Shown piece by piece: positions 39,301-49,251 of a stretch of 64,000 nt of DNA. The notes under the pieces are model-generated. The model was not told the origin of the DNA. It saw nothing but the letters and a program-made list of their open reading frames with translations, and searched no databases. Within the stretch, counting starts at the first letter, position 1; the number at the start of each line of letters is the position of its first letter. Both the position numbers and the translations under genes were made by a program. This stretch comes from Vulcanimicrobiota bacterium (lineage in GTDB: Bacteria > Vulcanimicrobiota > Vulcanimicrobiia > Vulcanimicrobiales > Vulcanimicrobiaceae): positions 2,908,113 through 2,972,112 of the forward strand of contig CAVTCS010000003.1 in the NCBI GenBank assembly GCA_963733295.1, written 5' to 3'.

Positions 39301-40185
39301 TTAGGAGGCCAGAAGAACGCGTTGGTACGAGCCGTGTTCGAGTTCGTCGATGATCGTCGGAGCGGCCGGCGTCCAGCCTAGGTTCTGTGCGCGTTGCGAC
39401 GTGATCATTTGATCCAGCGCCAGGCACTGACCCAGTTCTCCGAGGAAGCTCGGATCGACCGTTGCGGTCGCGCCGCCCGCGCCCGCGCCGCGGCTCGCGG
39501 CTTCAGCCATCGAGCGCACCAGGAACGAGTGCTCGCTCGTCGCGTTGTAGATGCGCCCGGGCCGGCCGCGGTCGATAAGTACGGCGAAAAGTTCGCCGAG
39601 GTCTTCACGGTGGATCGTGGCCCAACTGTTGCCGCCGTGACCGACGATCGACGCCGCGCCGCGCTCGCGCGCGGACTGAGCGAACATCGCCGGCACGCCG
39701 CCGCCCGCGCCGTAGACGACGCCGGGGCGAACGACGATCGAGCGGATCCCGATCTTGGTCATGTTAAAGCACGCCCGCTCGAGCTCGGGACGCTGCGCGA
39801 AACGGCGCGGCGGATTGACCGGCGAGTCTTCGTCGGCGACGCCGGTCGTGGTGCCGTACACCCAGGCGTTGCTCGTGTAGATGAAAGTCTTCTCGGTGCC
39901 TGCCAGCGCCTGCGTGACCGCGCGCAGGGCGCGGGCGTCAACGGTCCAGGGTTCAGGTTGCGTGATGCGCGCGGCGTAGACGACCACGTCGGCGGCGCGA
40001 CAGCCCTCGGTGAGGCTCTGCGGGATGCAGACGTCGGCTTTAATCGCCTCGGTTCCGCGGCTCGCGAGCGCAATGCGCGCTTCGTCGCTGCGCACGGTTC
40101 CGGAAGTCTCGTATCCCCGGGCTCTCAGGGAATCGTCAATCGCCGAGCCCACATAGCCAGTGGCGCCGATGATAAACACCTTCAT
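39301..40185 (-). CDS. NAD-dependent epimerase/dehydratase family (atypical SDR)
   Basis: MKVFIIGATGYVG, RPGVVYG, WATIHREDL. Confidence 0.85.
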   Translation of the reverse strand: MKVFIIGATGYVGSAIDDSLRARGYETSGTVRSDEARIALASRGTEAIKADVCIPQSLTEGCRAADVVVYAARITQPEPWTVDARALRAVTQALAGTEKTFIYTSNAWVYGTTTGVADEDSPVNPPRRFAQRPELERACFNMTKIGIRSIVVRPGVVYGAGGGVPAMFAQSARERGAASIVGHGGNSWATIHREDLGELFAVLIDRGRPGRIYNATSEHSFLVRSMAEAASRGAGAGGATATVDPSFLGELGQCLALDQMITSQRAQNLGWTPAAPTIIDELEHGSYQRVLLAS

Positions 40186-40323
40186 GTCAAAATTGTCGGT
40201 TCGGCGCGTCTCCGGGCCGAGTGATATGGATTCCACCGGCCGCCCGCCTGCCCGGGCGTAGATCACTATTCGGCCGGAGGGGCTTGCGAAACTGGCGCTG
40301 GACGGTGGGGGTTGCGCCGTAGG

Positions 40324-41205
40324 ATGGCCGGACCCGTGAGCGGCCATGGCCGGGTGGCCGTGATCGTCGCGATCTTCTATATCTTCTTGTGGGCCTCGGC
40401 CTATGTCCCGAGCAAGATCGCCGCAATCGAGAGCCCCGCGCTCTGGTTCTTAGCGGCGCGGTTCTTGGTTGCCGGTCTGCTGCTCGTCGTCCTGGCCCTC
40501 GTTCTGCGGCGTCCGTTCCCGGCAACGCCGCGGCGCTGGCTCTACGCGATCGTGCTCGGGATCTTCGCCAACGCGCTGTACCTAGGCTGTACGTACACGG
40601 CGCTGGTGCGCATGTCGGCCGGAATCGGCGCGATCGTGGCAAGCACGAATCCGCTCGTGCTCTCGCTCGTTGCGCCGCTCGTGCTGCACGAAAAGCTCGG
40701 CCGGAAGAAAGTCGCCGGACTGCTGCTCGGCTTCGGGGGCGTCGTAGGAATGATCGTTGCGCGCAACGGCACCCCGAGCGCTCTACCGCATGACGTCGCC
40801 TTCGCATTCGCCGGGGTACTGGCCAGCGTCACGTCGACGATCATGTTCAAGCGCATGGCGGGCACCGAGTCGCTCATCGTCATTACCGCCTTGCAGATGG
40901 TCGGCGCGGGGTTCGCGATGATTCCCGTCGCGTGGCTCGTGTCGGGAGCGCCGCACGCAGCGCTCACCCCGCAACTCGTCGCCTCGTTCGTCTATCTGGT
41001 GCTCGTGCTCAGCGTCGGCGCATCGCTGCTCTGGTTTTGGCTGCTCACGAACGGCGAAGCAAGCGTGGTCAGCGCGTACTACTACCTGACGCCCGTCTTC
41101 GGGCTCGGCTTGGGTGCGCTGCTTCTCGGCGAGCACGTCGGTTGGAGCGACCTGGCCGGCCTGATCGCGATCGCTTGCGGCATCGCTTTGGTTCAGCGCG
41201 AATGA
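40324..41205 (+). CDS. DMT/EamA-family transporter
   Basis: About 10 transmembrane segments; AARFLVAG, STNPL, YYLTPVFG...LLGE motifs. Confidence 0.88.
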   Translation: MAGPVSGHGRVAVIVAIFYIFLWASAYVPSKIAAIESPALWFLAARFLVAGLLLVVLALVLRRPFPATPRRWLYAIVLGIFANALYLGCTYTALVRMSAGIGAIVASTNPLVLSLVAPLVLHEKLGRKKVAGLLLGFGGVVGMIVARNGTPSALPHDVAFAFAGVLASVTSTIMFKRMAGTESLIVITALQMVGAGFAMIPVAWLVSGAPHAALTPQLVASFVYLVLVLSVGASLLWFWLLTNGEASVVSAYYYLTPVFGLGLGALLLGEHVGWSDLAGLIAIACGIALVQRE

Positions 41206-42503
41206 ACTTGGCGCCGAACGGCGCGCGCGCCGGCGCTCATCCGTGCTGCGATTCCGGCGAGGAAGAGGAGCCCGATCCACCCGGGAAGTTTGAAGATCAT
41301 CTCGACCAAAGGGTTCGGCGGAACCAAAATGGCCTTCGCAGCAGACTCGTGGGCCCAGCCGATCTCCGCCAGGTCGGACGGACGAGTGCGCAAGACGGTC
41401 AGCGGCGTCGTGGGCGTGGCGACGGCGGGAAAGTGCGACGTGATCGCCGGAATCGCCGGCAGCACGACCCACGGCAACGAGAGCGTGAAGATCGACACCG
41501 CAAGAACGACGGTTCGCGCTCGCTTTCCGGGCAAGTAGTACGCGAGCAAAAGGGCAGCCGGCAGTGCGATGACGAGTTCCTGAGCGTGAACGAAAATACC
41601 GCCGATAAGCGCGATGGCCGGGGGAATGTGGACGAGGAAGCGGTCGTCGTCGAATCGCCGGCGCAGGCGAATGCCGAGAACGATTCCCGCAGCGCTCATC
41701 AGGCAATAGGAGAGAAAGCCGAGTCCGAGCGCCTTCTCCACAGACACGCCGAACATCCACAGGACCGAAGTCAAACTGTACTGGAATTCGTAGTTCGTGA
41801 TGTCGGCACGTGCATGCATCGGCAAAACGCGCGTCGCGTACTCGAGACAAGTCGCCGGACCGACGGCGACGAGCGAGACGAGGGCCAGAATCGCACACAT
41901 GATCAGGAGCGGCCGGCGCAGCGCGGGCAGAAACAAGAAGAGCGCGAGGAACGCCGGTAGCATGACGTTCGGCAACACGAGCGAGAAACCAATCGCCGTG
42001 GCGACGCGCGCGCCGTTCCCGCGTTGGGCGGCTATGGCCGCGACGCACAGCGCAAACAAGACGATCGGGACGGTTTGGCCCAGCATGATCGAGAGCGTCG
42101 CTTCCGACGGAACGAGCGCTAGGAGAACGATAGGTAGCGAGAAGCTCATAGTTCGAACGAGGAGTACGGCCGTCAGCGCGATGAGTACGGCGTTGATCAG
42201 CGCCCACAGCAGGCTTGCGGCCTGAAACGAGAGCGGCGCGAAGAGAGCGAAGAACGCGAGCGCATAGGGCGGCAGCGGCGCGGGGATGAGCATCTTATCG
42301 CGTCGTGGGTCATCGACGGGAATGGCATTGCGCTCGCAATCCCAAAGCGGTTGCGTCAGATAGGGGTTTTGCCGCATAGCGATCGCGCGGCCGCCGCAAT
42401 AGAACGGCAGAAAGTCGGTGGGATGCTCTAGGACGCTCCCGAACCTAGCGAACAGCGGAATAGCCACCAGGAGCGCCAAGCCGAGCAAGATTTTCGTTCT
42501 CAT
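41193..42503 (-). CDS. GT87/DUF2029-like membrane glycosyltransferase (GT-C) candidate
   Basis: DFLPFYCGG, NPY, PLPPYAL, LGQ, QYSL motifs; polytopic. Confidence 0.7.
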   Translation of the reverse strand: MRTKILLGLALLVAIPLFARFGSVLEHPTDFLPFYCGGRAIAMRQNPYLTQPLWDCERNAIPVDDPRRDKMLIPAPLPPYALAFFALFAPLSFQAASLLWALINAVLIALTAVLLVRTMSFSLPIVLLALVPSEATLSIMLGQTVPIVLFALCVAAIAAQRGNGARVATAIGFSLVLPNVMLPAFLALFLFLPALRRPLLIMCAILALVSLVAVGPATCLEYATRVLPMHARADITNYEFQYSLTSVLWMFGVSVEKALGLGFLSYCLMSAAGIVLGIRLRRRFDDDRFLVHIPPAIALIGGIFVHAQELVIALPAALLLAYYLPGKRARTVVLAVSIFTLSLPWVVLPAIPAITSHFPAVATPTTPLTVLRTRPSDLAEIGWAHESAAKAILVPPNPLVEMIFKLPGWIGLLFLAGIAARMSAGARAVRRQVHSR

Positions 42504-42625
42504 TGGAGGCTTCGTCTCCCGATGGATGTCGACGTGCATTCGCTAAACCGGCAATACTTTCGGCCAAGGATGAACGCGAAGCGACGGCGCACCTAAGGAT
42601 GCCTCTGAGACCCTCGAGACGATAT

Positions 42626-42709
42626 GCCCTGGTGGCGGAATTGGTAGACGCGCTGGTTTCAGGTACCAGTGGCCGCAAGGCTGTAGGGGTTCGAGTCCCT
42701 TCCAGGGCA
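42626..42709 (+). tRNA. tRNA-Leu (anticodon CAG); CCA not encoded
   Basis: Acceptor stem GCCCTGG/CCAGGGC; D-loop TTGGTAGA; anticodon arm CTGGT-TTCAGGT-ACCAG; long variable arm; GGTTCGAGTCC T-arm; discriminator A. Confidence 0.96.
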
Positions 42710-42738
42710 GAGCGCGAGCAGGCAGAAGCCTCGCCCTC

Positions 42739-43161
42739 ATGAGGCATTCGCATTCTTTCGCGGCGGCGCTCCTCGCGGGACTCGCTCTGGCCGCGTGCTC
42801 GAGCGGGGGGAGCGCGCCGAGCACTGCTGGTTGCGTGATCCCCCCAGCTCCGCAACTTCTCTACCCGATTCCTGGGACGACCGCGGTGCCGGACAACGTC
42901 GGCATGTTGATCTACGCCGGCAACGGGCAGAGCGACACGATCACGCTGTTCAACGGCGGCACCGCCACCGTTGCGACGGCGCCGACGGCGTTGCCGTCGC
43001 CGCTCCCATCACCGATCGCGTCACCTTCGAATCCCGCAGCTCCGCTCGTCGCGGTGTCGTTCCCGCTCCTGACCACCTTCACGATCTACAACGTGCGCTA
43101 CGCTTTGCCGCCGCCATGCAATCCGCAAACCGCCAACTTTGGCTTCTTCCAGACTCTATGA
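42739..43161 (+). CDS. Putative lipoprotein
   Basis: Lipobox LAAC; Pro-rich; two further Cys residues. Confidence 0.65.
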   Translation: MRHSHSFAAALLAGLALAACSSGGSAPSTAGCVIPPAPQLLYPIPGTTAVPDNVGMLIYAGNGQSDTITLFNGGTATVATAPTALPSPLPSPIASPSNPAAPLVAVSFPLLTTFTIYNVRYALPPPCNPQTANFGFFQTL

Positions 43162-43179
43162 CGCCGGCAAGATAACGCC

Positions 43180-44331
43180 ATGTGCGTTTCGCGATCGCGC
43201 TTTCTCGCCGGCGCGGGAGCTGCCGTGGCGGCGGCCACCGCGCCGGCGTTACCTGCGTCCGCGAGGGGTGAAGATTATCTGCTGCGCGAGGTTCTGTCGC
43301 GTCCGCTCGATCTCGAAACGCAGATCAAAGATCTGCGTCCGTATCTGACGCCGAACGCGGCGTTCTTCATCGGCAGCCATTTCGGTCCGCCCAGCGACAT
43401 GCCGTCAGCCGAGAACTATCGCCTGAAGATCGAAGGCGACGTCGACAAACCGCTCTCGCTGTCGCTGCGCGATTTGCGCGCGATGCCGCAACGGAGCGTC
43501 GTGGCGGTTTTAGAGTGCGCCGCCAACGGAAGCGCGTTCTACCGGCCGCGCGTTCCCGGACCGCAGTGGCAATGGGGTGCGGTCGGAAACGCGCGCTGGA
43601 CGGGCGTTTCGGTGGTCGACGTGCTCTCGCGCGTCGGCGTGCGGCCGTTGGCCTCGCACCTGGGTCTCGTGCCGGCCGATCGCGCGCCGGTCGAGGCGAC
43701 GCCGCGCTTTCTGCGCAGCATTCCACTCGCAAAAGCGCTCGATCCCGATACGATCTTGGCGTACGAAATGAACGGCGAGCCGCTTTCGGTTCAGCACGGC
43801 GGTCCGCTGCGCATCGTCGTGCCCGATTGGGCGGCCGAGAACTCGGTGAAGTGGTTGCTCTCGCTGACGCCGCAACAGGACGAAACGCCGGGTTATTTCA
43901 TGGACACCGCCTATCGCTACCCTGATACGCTCGGTGCACCGGGTGAGTCCGTGCCGGTCGGGCAGACGCATCGCGTGGCGGAGTTTCCGGTGAAGACGAT
44001 CATCACGCAACCGTTGCAGGGCGAGGTACTCGAGGTCGACTTGCAACCCATCCGAGGCATTGCGTTCTCCGGTTACGGAGCGATCCAGCGCGTCGAGCTT
44101 TCGCTCGACGGCCACAATTGGCAGATCGCCGACCTCGATGAGGTTCGCGATCGCCACGGTTGGCGCGGTTGGCAGGGCGCGCTGCTGATGACCCCTGGGC
44201 GTCAGCGTTTGCGGGCACGAGCCTTCGATGCGGCCGGGAACTCGCAGCCGGCGACGCAGCAATGGAATCCGGGCGGCTATTTGTGGAACGTTTACCACAT
44301 CGTCGAAGTCGAGGTGAAGTCGTCGTTTTGA
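43180..44331 (+). CDS. Sulfite-oxidase-family molybdoenzyme (SorA/SorT/SoxC-like), exported
   Basis: Tat-like SRSRFL leader; TPNAAFF, LECAAN Mo-ligand Cys, GAVGNARWTGV, HGGPLR, SVKWL; dimerisation domain ending WNPGGYLWN. Confidence 0.88.
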   Translation: MCVSRSRFLAGAGAAVAAATAPALPASARGEDYLLREVLSRPLDLETQIKDLRPYLTPNAAFFIGSHFGPPSDMPSAENYRLKIEGDVDKPLSLSLRDLRAMPQRSVVAVLECAANGSAFYRPRVPGPQWQWGAVGNARWTGVSVVDVLSRVGVRPLASHLGLVPADRAPVEATPRFLRSIPLAKALDPDTILAYEMNGEPLSVQHGGPLRIVVPDWAAENSVKWLLSLTPQQDETPGYFMDTAYRYPDTLGAPGESVPVGQTHRVAEFPVKTIITQPLQGEVLEVDLQPIRGIAFSGYGAIQRVELSLDGHNWQIADLDEVRDRHGWRGWQGALLMTPGRQRLRARAFDAAGNSQPATQQWNPGGYLWNVYHIVEVEVKSSF

Positions 44332-44660
44332 AACGCGCGCTTCGGCTCGGCTCGCTAATCTGCGCGTTATTCGCGAGTATGGTGCTTGCGGGGCGCGCGC
44401 AGTCGGACGACACGTTGCGTTTCCCCGGCGGTCCGGCGAAGGCGCAGATCGTTGCGCGCTGTCAAACCTGCCATTCGGTGGGACTGATCGCGCAGCAACG
44501 GCTCACCGAGCAAGCCTGGACGAGCGAACTCGTCAAAATGGAGAAATGGGGTGCGACCCTTCCACCCGATCAGAATGCACCGGTCGCGGCGTACCTCGCA
44601 AAGTATTTCAATCCCGATACGCCGGACGTGCCGGACCGGCTCGTACGCGCTCCTAGTTAG
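44328..44660 (+). CDS. Small exported c-type cytochrome (SorB-like partner)
   Basis: TTG start overlapping the upstream stop; signal peptide; CQTCH heme motif; W...KM..WGA. Confidence 0.85.
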   Translation: MKRALRLGSLICALFASMVLAGRAQSDDTLRFPGGPAKAQIVARCQTCHSVGLIAQQRLTEQAWTSELVKMEKWGATLPPDQNAPVAAYLAKYFNPDTPDVPDRLVRAPS

Positions 44661-44765
44661 CGTCGCCCGAACGTTTTTCGGCCGGCGGGCGCGGACTAAC
44701 CCAACCGTGGCCCGAATCGTCTTGCCCTTCAGACTTTACTCAGGTTCAGCAAGGAGCATCTGCTT

Positions 44766-45194
44766 ATGAAACGCCTTATTTCGACGCTCTCCATAGCCGC
44801 GTTCGCCCTGGCGAGCCTTCCCGCGCTGGCCGCCGACTCCACGACCCCTCAGGTTTTCGCGCTGGCGGCGCAAAACGGGTCGGGCGAAATCGGGACCGTC
44901 GTGCTAACGCCGATGGGCGATAAGACCAAAGTCGACGTCGCAATCGCCGGCGCGCCGGCCGGGGTCGTCCAGCCCGAGCACGTGCACCCCGGAACCTGCG
45001 CAAAGCTCGACCCGAAACCGATGTATGGGCTCGCCGGACTTACGAACGGCGTCTCTTCGACCGTGCTCAACGTCCCCATCGCAACCCTGACGTCGTCCTC
45101 GTCGCCGATGGCCGTGAACGTTCACAAGTCGGCCGCCGACATCGGTACGTACGTCTCGTGCGCGAACCTTTCCGTCCCCTCGAGCAAGATGTAG
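44766..45194 (+). CDS. Exported small His/Cys protein (CHRD or Cu,Zn-SOD-like fold)
   Basis: Signal peptide; QPEHVHPGTC and VNVHKS...YVSC motifs; AAGGAG ribosome-binding site. Confidence 0.6.
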   Translation: MKRLISTLSIAAFALASLPALAADSTTPQVFALAAQNGSGEIGTVVLTPMGDKTKVDVAIAGAPAGVVQPEHVHPGTCAKLDPKPMYGLAGLTNGVSSTVLNVPIATLTSSSSPMAVNVHKSAADIGTYVSCANLSVPSSKM

Positions 45195-45285
45195 TCGGGC
45201 CCCGCGTGCTCCCGACTATGGGAGCAAGCGGTTCCCGTAGAATGCCCTAGAATGGTATCCGTTGTGTCGAACGGATTGCCGTGGC

Positions 45286-48200
45286 GTGCCTGAAACGCTC
45301 CTGAAAGTGACGTTGCCCGAGATGGGCGAGTCGGTCACCGAGGGTTCGATCGTCGAGTGGCGCGTCAAACCCGGACAGTGGATCGAAGCTGGTGCGACGC
45401 TCGTTGACGTGACGACCGATAAGGTCGACGTCGAGGTGCCCGCACCGGCTTCGGGTGTCGTCGTCACGCTCTCCGCCGCCGAGGGCGCGACCATCGCCGT
45501 CGGCGCCGTGCTCGCCGAGATCGACACCGCGGCCACCGCCGCGCAGTCGATCGCGACTCAGGCGGCCGAACCTTCTTTGGAGCCGGTGCTCGAATCCGAA
45601 GCCAAAGCGGCCAAGAACGGCCAGGCGACAGCCGGCGGCCCCGCTTCGCACCGCGCGCAGCGCATTGCGGAACGCGAGCACCTCGACCTCAGCACGATCC
45701 GCGGCTCGGGTCCGAATGGACTGATCCTCGCCGAGGACGTCGCAAAGGCGGCCGTCGCATGGCCCGAACACGGGCGCAAGAACGGCAGTGCTGCACCACC
45801 GGCGCTCCCCGCGCCGGCGGCGCCTGCCGACGCGAAGGTCACCCCGCTGAAGGGTCCGGCCTCGACGCTCGTCGGCTACATGGAACAGAGCCTGACGATT
45901 CCGACCGCGACGAGTTTTCGGACGCTGCAGGTCGGCACGCTCGAGACGCGCCGCAGCGAGCTCAACGCTGCGCTGAAAAGCGCCGCGCGTTCCGAGAAAG
46001 TCTCGTTCACGCACATCATCGCCTTCGCGCTGGTTCGCGCCGCGCGCGAACAGCCGGCGATCGTGACGAGCTTTCGGCGCGACGGGACGGTCAACGCGAA
46101 GGTCGAGAACGGCGTGCACCTCGGACTCGCCGTCGACGCGCAGCGCAAAGACGGTTCGCGTTTTCTCGTCGTGCCGGTCGTCAAGCGCGCCGACACGCTC
46201 GATTTCGCGCAATTCCGGGCCGCATACGAAGAGCTCGTAACGAAAGCCCGCGACAACAAGCTCGTCGCCGACGAGTTGAGCGGGGCGAGCTTTACGCTAA
46301 CCAATCCGGGCGGAATCGGAACGGTCGCCTCGGTTCCGCGTCTGATGGCGGGGCAAGGCGCGATCATCGCGGCCGGCGCGATCGGGTTGCCACCCGGCTT
46401 CCAGCACGCGAGCGATGCCACGTTGCGCCAGCTCGGCATCGAAAAGATCATGACCTTGACGAGCACGTACGATCATCGCGTGATCCAAGGTGCGCAGTCC
46501 GGTGAATATCTCAAACGCGTCGACGAACTGTTGCGCGGCGCCGACGGTTTTTACGACGCCATCTTCACGAGCCTCGGACTCAAACGCCCGATCGGCGCAA
46601 CGCAGCCGAGTTCGCAACCCGCCCGCACAGCGGCGGCGGCAGTCGACGGTGCCGCGCCCGAGCGCGAAGCGTATTCCGACGAAATGCTGGCCGCGGTTGC
46701 GGCCGGGATGGCGATCCTTTCGGCCTACCGGCGCCACGGTCACCTCGCCGCGATGCTCGATCCGCTGGGCACGCCGCCGCAGGGCGATCCGGCGCTCGAT
46801 TGGCACACCTACGGCCTCACGCCGTCGGTGATGTCGGCGATTCCGGCGGCTCTTTTTGCGACTCGCTTGCGCGGCAACACGCTGGCCGACATCGTCGCGG
46901 AGTTGCGCCGCACCTACGGCTCGACGATCGCCTATGAAATCGAGCACATCGCCAACATCGAGCAGCGCGTGTGGCTGCGCGACTACATCGAGGCGGGGAC
47001 GCACGTCGTTCCGCTCGCTCCCTCGCGCGCACTCCGGGTTCTCGAGCGCCTGACGAAGGTCGAGACGTTCGAGCGCTACTTGCGCAAGGCGTATATCGGC
47101 CAAAAGACGTTCTCGATCGAAGGCCTCGACGCGATGATCCCGATGCTCGAGGAAATGATCACCGAACTGGCCGAGGACGGCACGAAGACCGCGGTGCTCG
47201 GCATGGCGCACCGTGGCCGCCTTTCGACGATCGCGTACGTCGTGAACCGTCCCTACGAAGAGATCTTCGTCGAGTTCCACGCGGCTGGACACGTCGCAGA
47301 GGGCGACGATGCGACGGGCGACGTGAAGTACCATCACGGTGCGTCGGGAACGTACGAGACGCCCGACGGGAAACCGATCGAGGTCGTGCTCGCCAACAAT
47401 CCGAGTCACCTCGAGGCGGTCGACGGCGTCGTCGAAGGCCGCACGCGCGCGCTTCAGACCGACCACGACAGTGCGACCGCGACGATTCACACCGGTCGTG
47501 CGGCTCCCATTCTGATCCACGGCGACGCGGCGTTCTCGGCGCAGGGTGTGGTCGCCGAGGTTCTCAACCTCGAGGGGCTGCCGGGCTATTCGACGGGTGG
47601 AACGCTGCATCTGATTTCAAACAATCAGATCGGTTTTACGACCGTGCCGAGCGACGCCCGCTCGACGCGCTACGCCTCCGATCTCGCCAAAGGCTTCGAC
47701 GTGCCGATCGTTCACGTCAACGCCGACGATGTCGAGGCGTGCATGGCCGCGGTCCATCTGGCGATCGACTTTCGGCGCCGCTTCAAGCATGACGTGATTA
47801 TCGACTTGATTGGCTACCGGCGCTTCGGACATAACGAGGCCGACGAGCCGGCCTACACGCAGCCTGACATGTACGAGCGCATCAAGTCGCATCCGACCGT
47901 GCGCGAGCTATACGCGCAGAAGTTGATCGCGCAAGGAATCGCGACGCCCGATCAGGTCGCGGCGATGCAAGCCCGGGCCACGGCGAGGATTGAAGAAGCG
48001 CAACGCGCGGTCAAGAGTGGCACGCGCGCCGTCAAGAGCGGCCCCGTTTCGCCGCCCGACGACGATCAAGCCGCGGTCGAGACGGCGGTCCCGCTCGAAC
48101 GGCTGCGCGACTGGAACGCGCAACTCGTCGCGGTGCCGGCGGACTTCACGATCCATCCCAAGCTCGCGCGTCAGCTCGAGCGGCGCAAAGCTGCATTCGA

Positions 48201-49251
48201 AGACGAGGGCGAGGTCGATTGGGGACTCGCCGAGGCGCTCGCCTTCGCCTCGTTGCTCGAGGGCGCCGTTCCCATCCGTCTCACCGGTCAAGACACGCAG
48301 CGCGGCACGTTCTCGCATCGCCATCTCGTCTTGCACGACCCCAAGAACGGGCGCGAGTACGCGCCGGTCCAGCACCTTTCGACCTCGCGTGCGCCGATCG
48401 AACTCTATAACAGCCCGCTCTCCGAATACGCCCCCGTGGCTTTCGAGTACGGGTATGCGGTCGAGCTGCCGCAGGCACTCGTCTTGTGGGAAGCGCAGTT
48501 CGGCGACTTCATGAACGGCGCTCAGATCGTGATCGATCAGTTCATCGCCGCGGGACAAGCCAAGTGGGGCGAGACCTCGCGTCTCGTGCTGCTCCTGCCG
48601 CACGGCTACGAAGGCGCGGGACCCGAACATTCCAGCGCGCGCATCGAACGCTTCCTGCAGCTTTCCGCCGAGGGGAACGTGCAGATTGCCAACTGCTCGA
48701 CAGCCGCGCAGTACTTTCACCTGTTGCGCCGGCAGGCACTGAAAGCGCGTCCGCAGCCGATGGTGATCTTCACGCCCAAGAGCCTGCTGCGCATGAAAGC
48801 CGCTTCCGGAACGGCGGAGGAACTCTCGAGCGGACGCTTCCGGCCGGTGATCGACGACGCGCGCTTTGCGGCCGATCGCGGCAAGGTCGAGCGCATCCTT
48901 ATGTGCTCGGGTAAGATCTACTACGACCTGATCGAGCACGAAGAGTTCGCGAAGATGACGCGCACGGCGATCGTCCGCGTCGAGTTGCTCTCACCGCTTC
49001 CAACCGAAGAGATTCTGGCCGTGCTCGGGTCGTACCCGAACTTGAAGAGCATCGTCTGGGTTCAGGAAGAGCCGAAGAACATGGGGGCACGCGCGCACGT
49101 GCGGCGCCGGCTCGTCGAACGTTTACCGAACGGCATCACCGACATGGGCTACGTAGGCCGCTCGTACCGCGCGAGCCCCTCCGAAGGTTACGGCGGTGCC
49201 CACGCCGTCGAACAGGAACGCATCGTCCGCGAGGCACTCTCCGAGAGCTAG
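45286..49251 (+). CDS. sucA: Multifunctional 2-oxoglutarate dehydrogenase: lipoyl + PSBD + E2 catalytic + E1 domains in one chain
   Basis: LPEMGESVTEG...TDKVDVEV lipoyl domain; IRGSGPNGLILAEDV PSBD; TSTYDHRVIQGAQSGEYL E2; GMAHRGRL, GDVKYH, HGDAAF, LLLPHGYEG E1. Confidence 0.94.
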   Translation: MPETLLKVTLPEMGESVTEGSIVEWRVKPGQWIEAGATLVDVTTDKVDVEVPAPASGVVVTLSAAEGATIAVGAVLAEIDTAATAAQSIATQAAEPSLEPVLESEAKAAKNGQATAGGPASHRAQRIAEREHLDLSTIRGSGPNGLILAEDVAKAAVAWPEHGRKNGSAAPPALPAPAAPADAKVTPLKGPASTLVGYMEQSLTIPTATSFRTLQVGTLETRRSELNAALKSAARSEKVSFTHIIAFALVRAAREQPAIVTSFRRDGTVNAKVENGVHLGLAVDAQRKDGSRFLVVPVVKRADTLDFAQFRAAYEELVTKARDNKLVADELSGASFTLTNPGGIGTVASVPRLMAGQGAIIAAGAIGLPPGFQHASDATLRQLGIEKIMTLTSTYDHRVIQGAQSGEYLKRVDELLRGADGFYDAIFTSLGLKRPIGATQPSSQPARTAAAAVDGAAPEREAYSDEMLAAVAAGMAILSAYRRHGHLAAMLDPLGTPPQGDPALDWHTYGLTPSVMSAIPAALFATRLRGNTLADIVAELRRTYGSTIAYEIEHIANIEQRVWLRDYIEAGTHVVPLAPSRALRVLERLTKVETFERYLRKAYIGQKTFSIEGLDAMIPMLEEMITELAEDGTKTAVLGMAHRGRLSTIAYVVNRPYEEIFVEFHAAGHVAEGDDATGDVKYHHGASGTYETPDGKPIEVVLANNPSHLEAVDGVVEGRTRALQTDHDSATATIHTGRAAPILIHGDAAFSAQGVVAEVLNLEGLPGYSTGGTLHLISNNQIGFTTVPSDARSTRYASDLAKGFDVPIVHVNADDVEACMAAVHLAIDFRRRFKHDVIIDLIGYRRFGHNEADEPAYTQPDMYERIKSHPTVRELYAQKLIAQGIATPDQVAAMQARATARIEEAQRAVKSGTRAVKSGPVSPPDDDQAAVETAVPLERLRDWNAQLVAVPADFTIHPKLARQLERRKAAFEDEGEVDWGLAEALAFASLLEGAVPIRLTGQDTQRGTFSHRHLVLHDPKNGREYAPVQHLSTSRAPIELYNSPLSEYAPVAFEYGYAVELPQALVLWEAQFGDFMNGAQIVIDQFIAAGQAKWGETSRLVLLLPHGYEGAGPEHSSARIERFLQLSAEGNVQIANCSTAAQYFHLLRRQALKARPQPMVIFTPKSLLRMKAASGTAEELSSGRFRPVIDDARFAADRGKVERILMCSGKIYYDLIEHEEFAKMTRTAIVRVELLSPLPTEEILAVLGSYPNLKSIVWVQEEPKNMGARAHVRRRLVERLPNGITDMGYVGRSYRASPSEGYGGAHAVEQERIVREALSES

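Noticed and set aside
39276..42584. 12-mer AACGCGAAGCGA present in two intergenic regions (near 39276 and 42573)
   Set aside because: Only two copies at different distances from gene starts; compatible with chance.
42626..43161. tRNA-Leu as an integration site for a genomic island
   Set aside because: No integrase nearby and I found no duplicated tRNA 3' end in the window.
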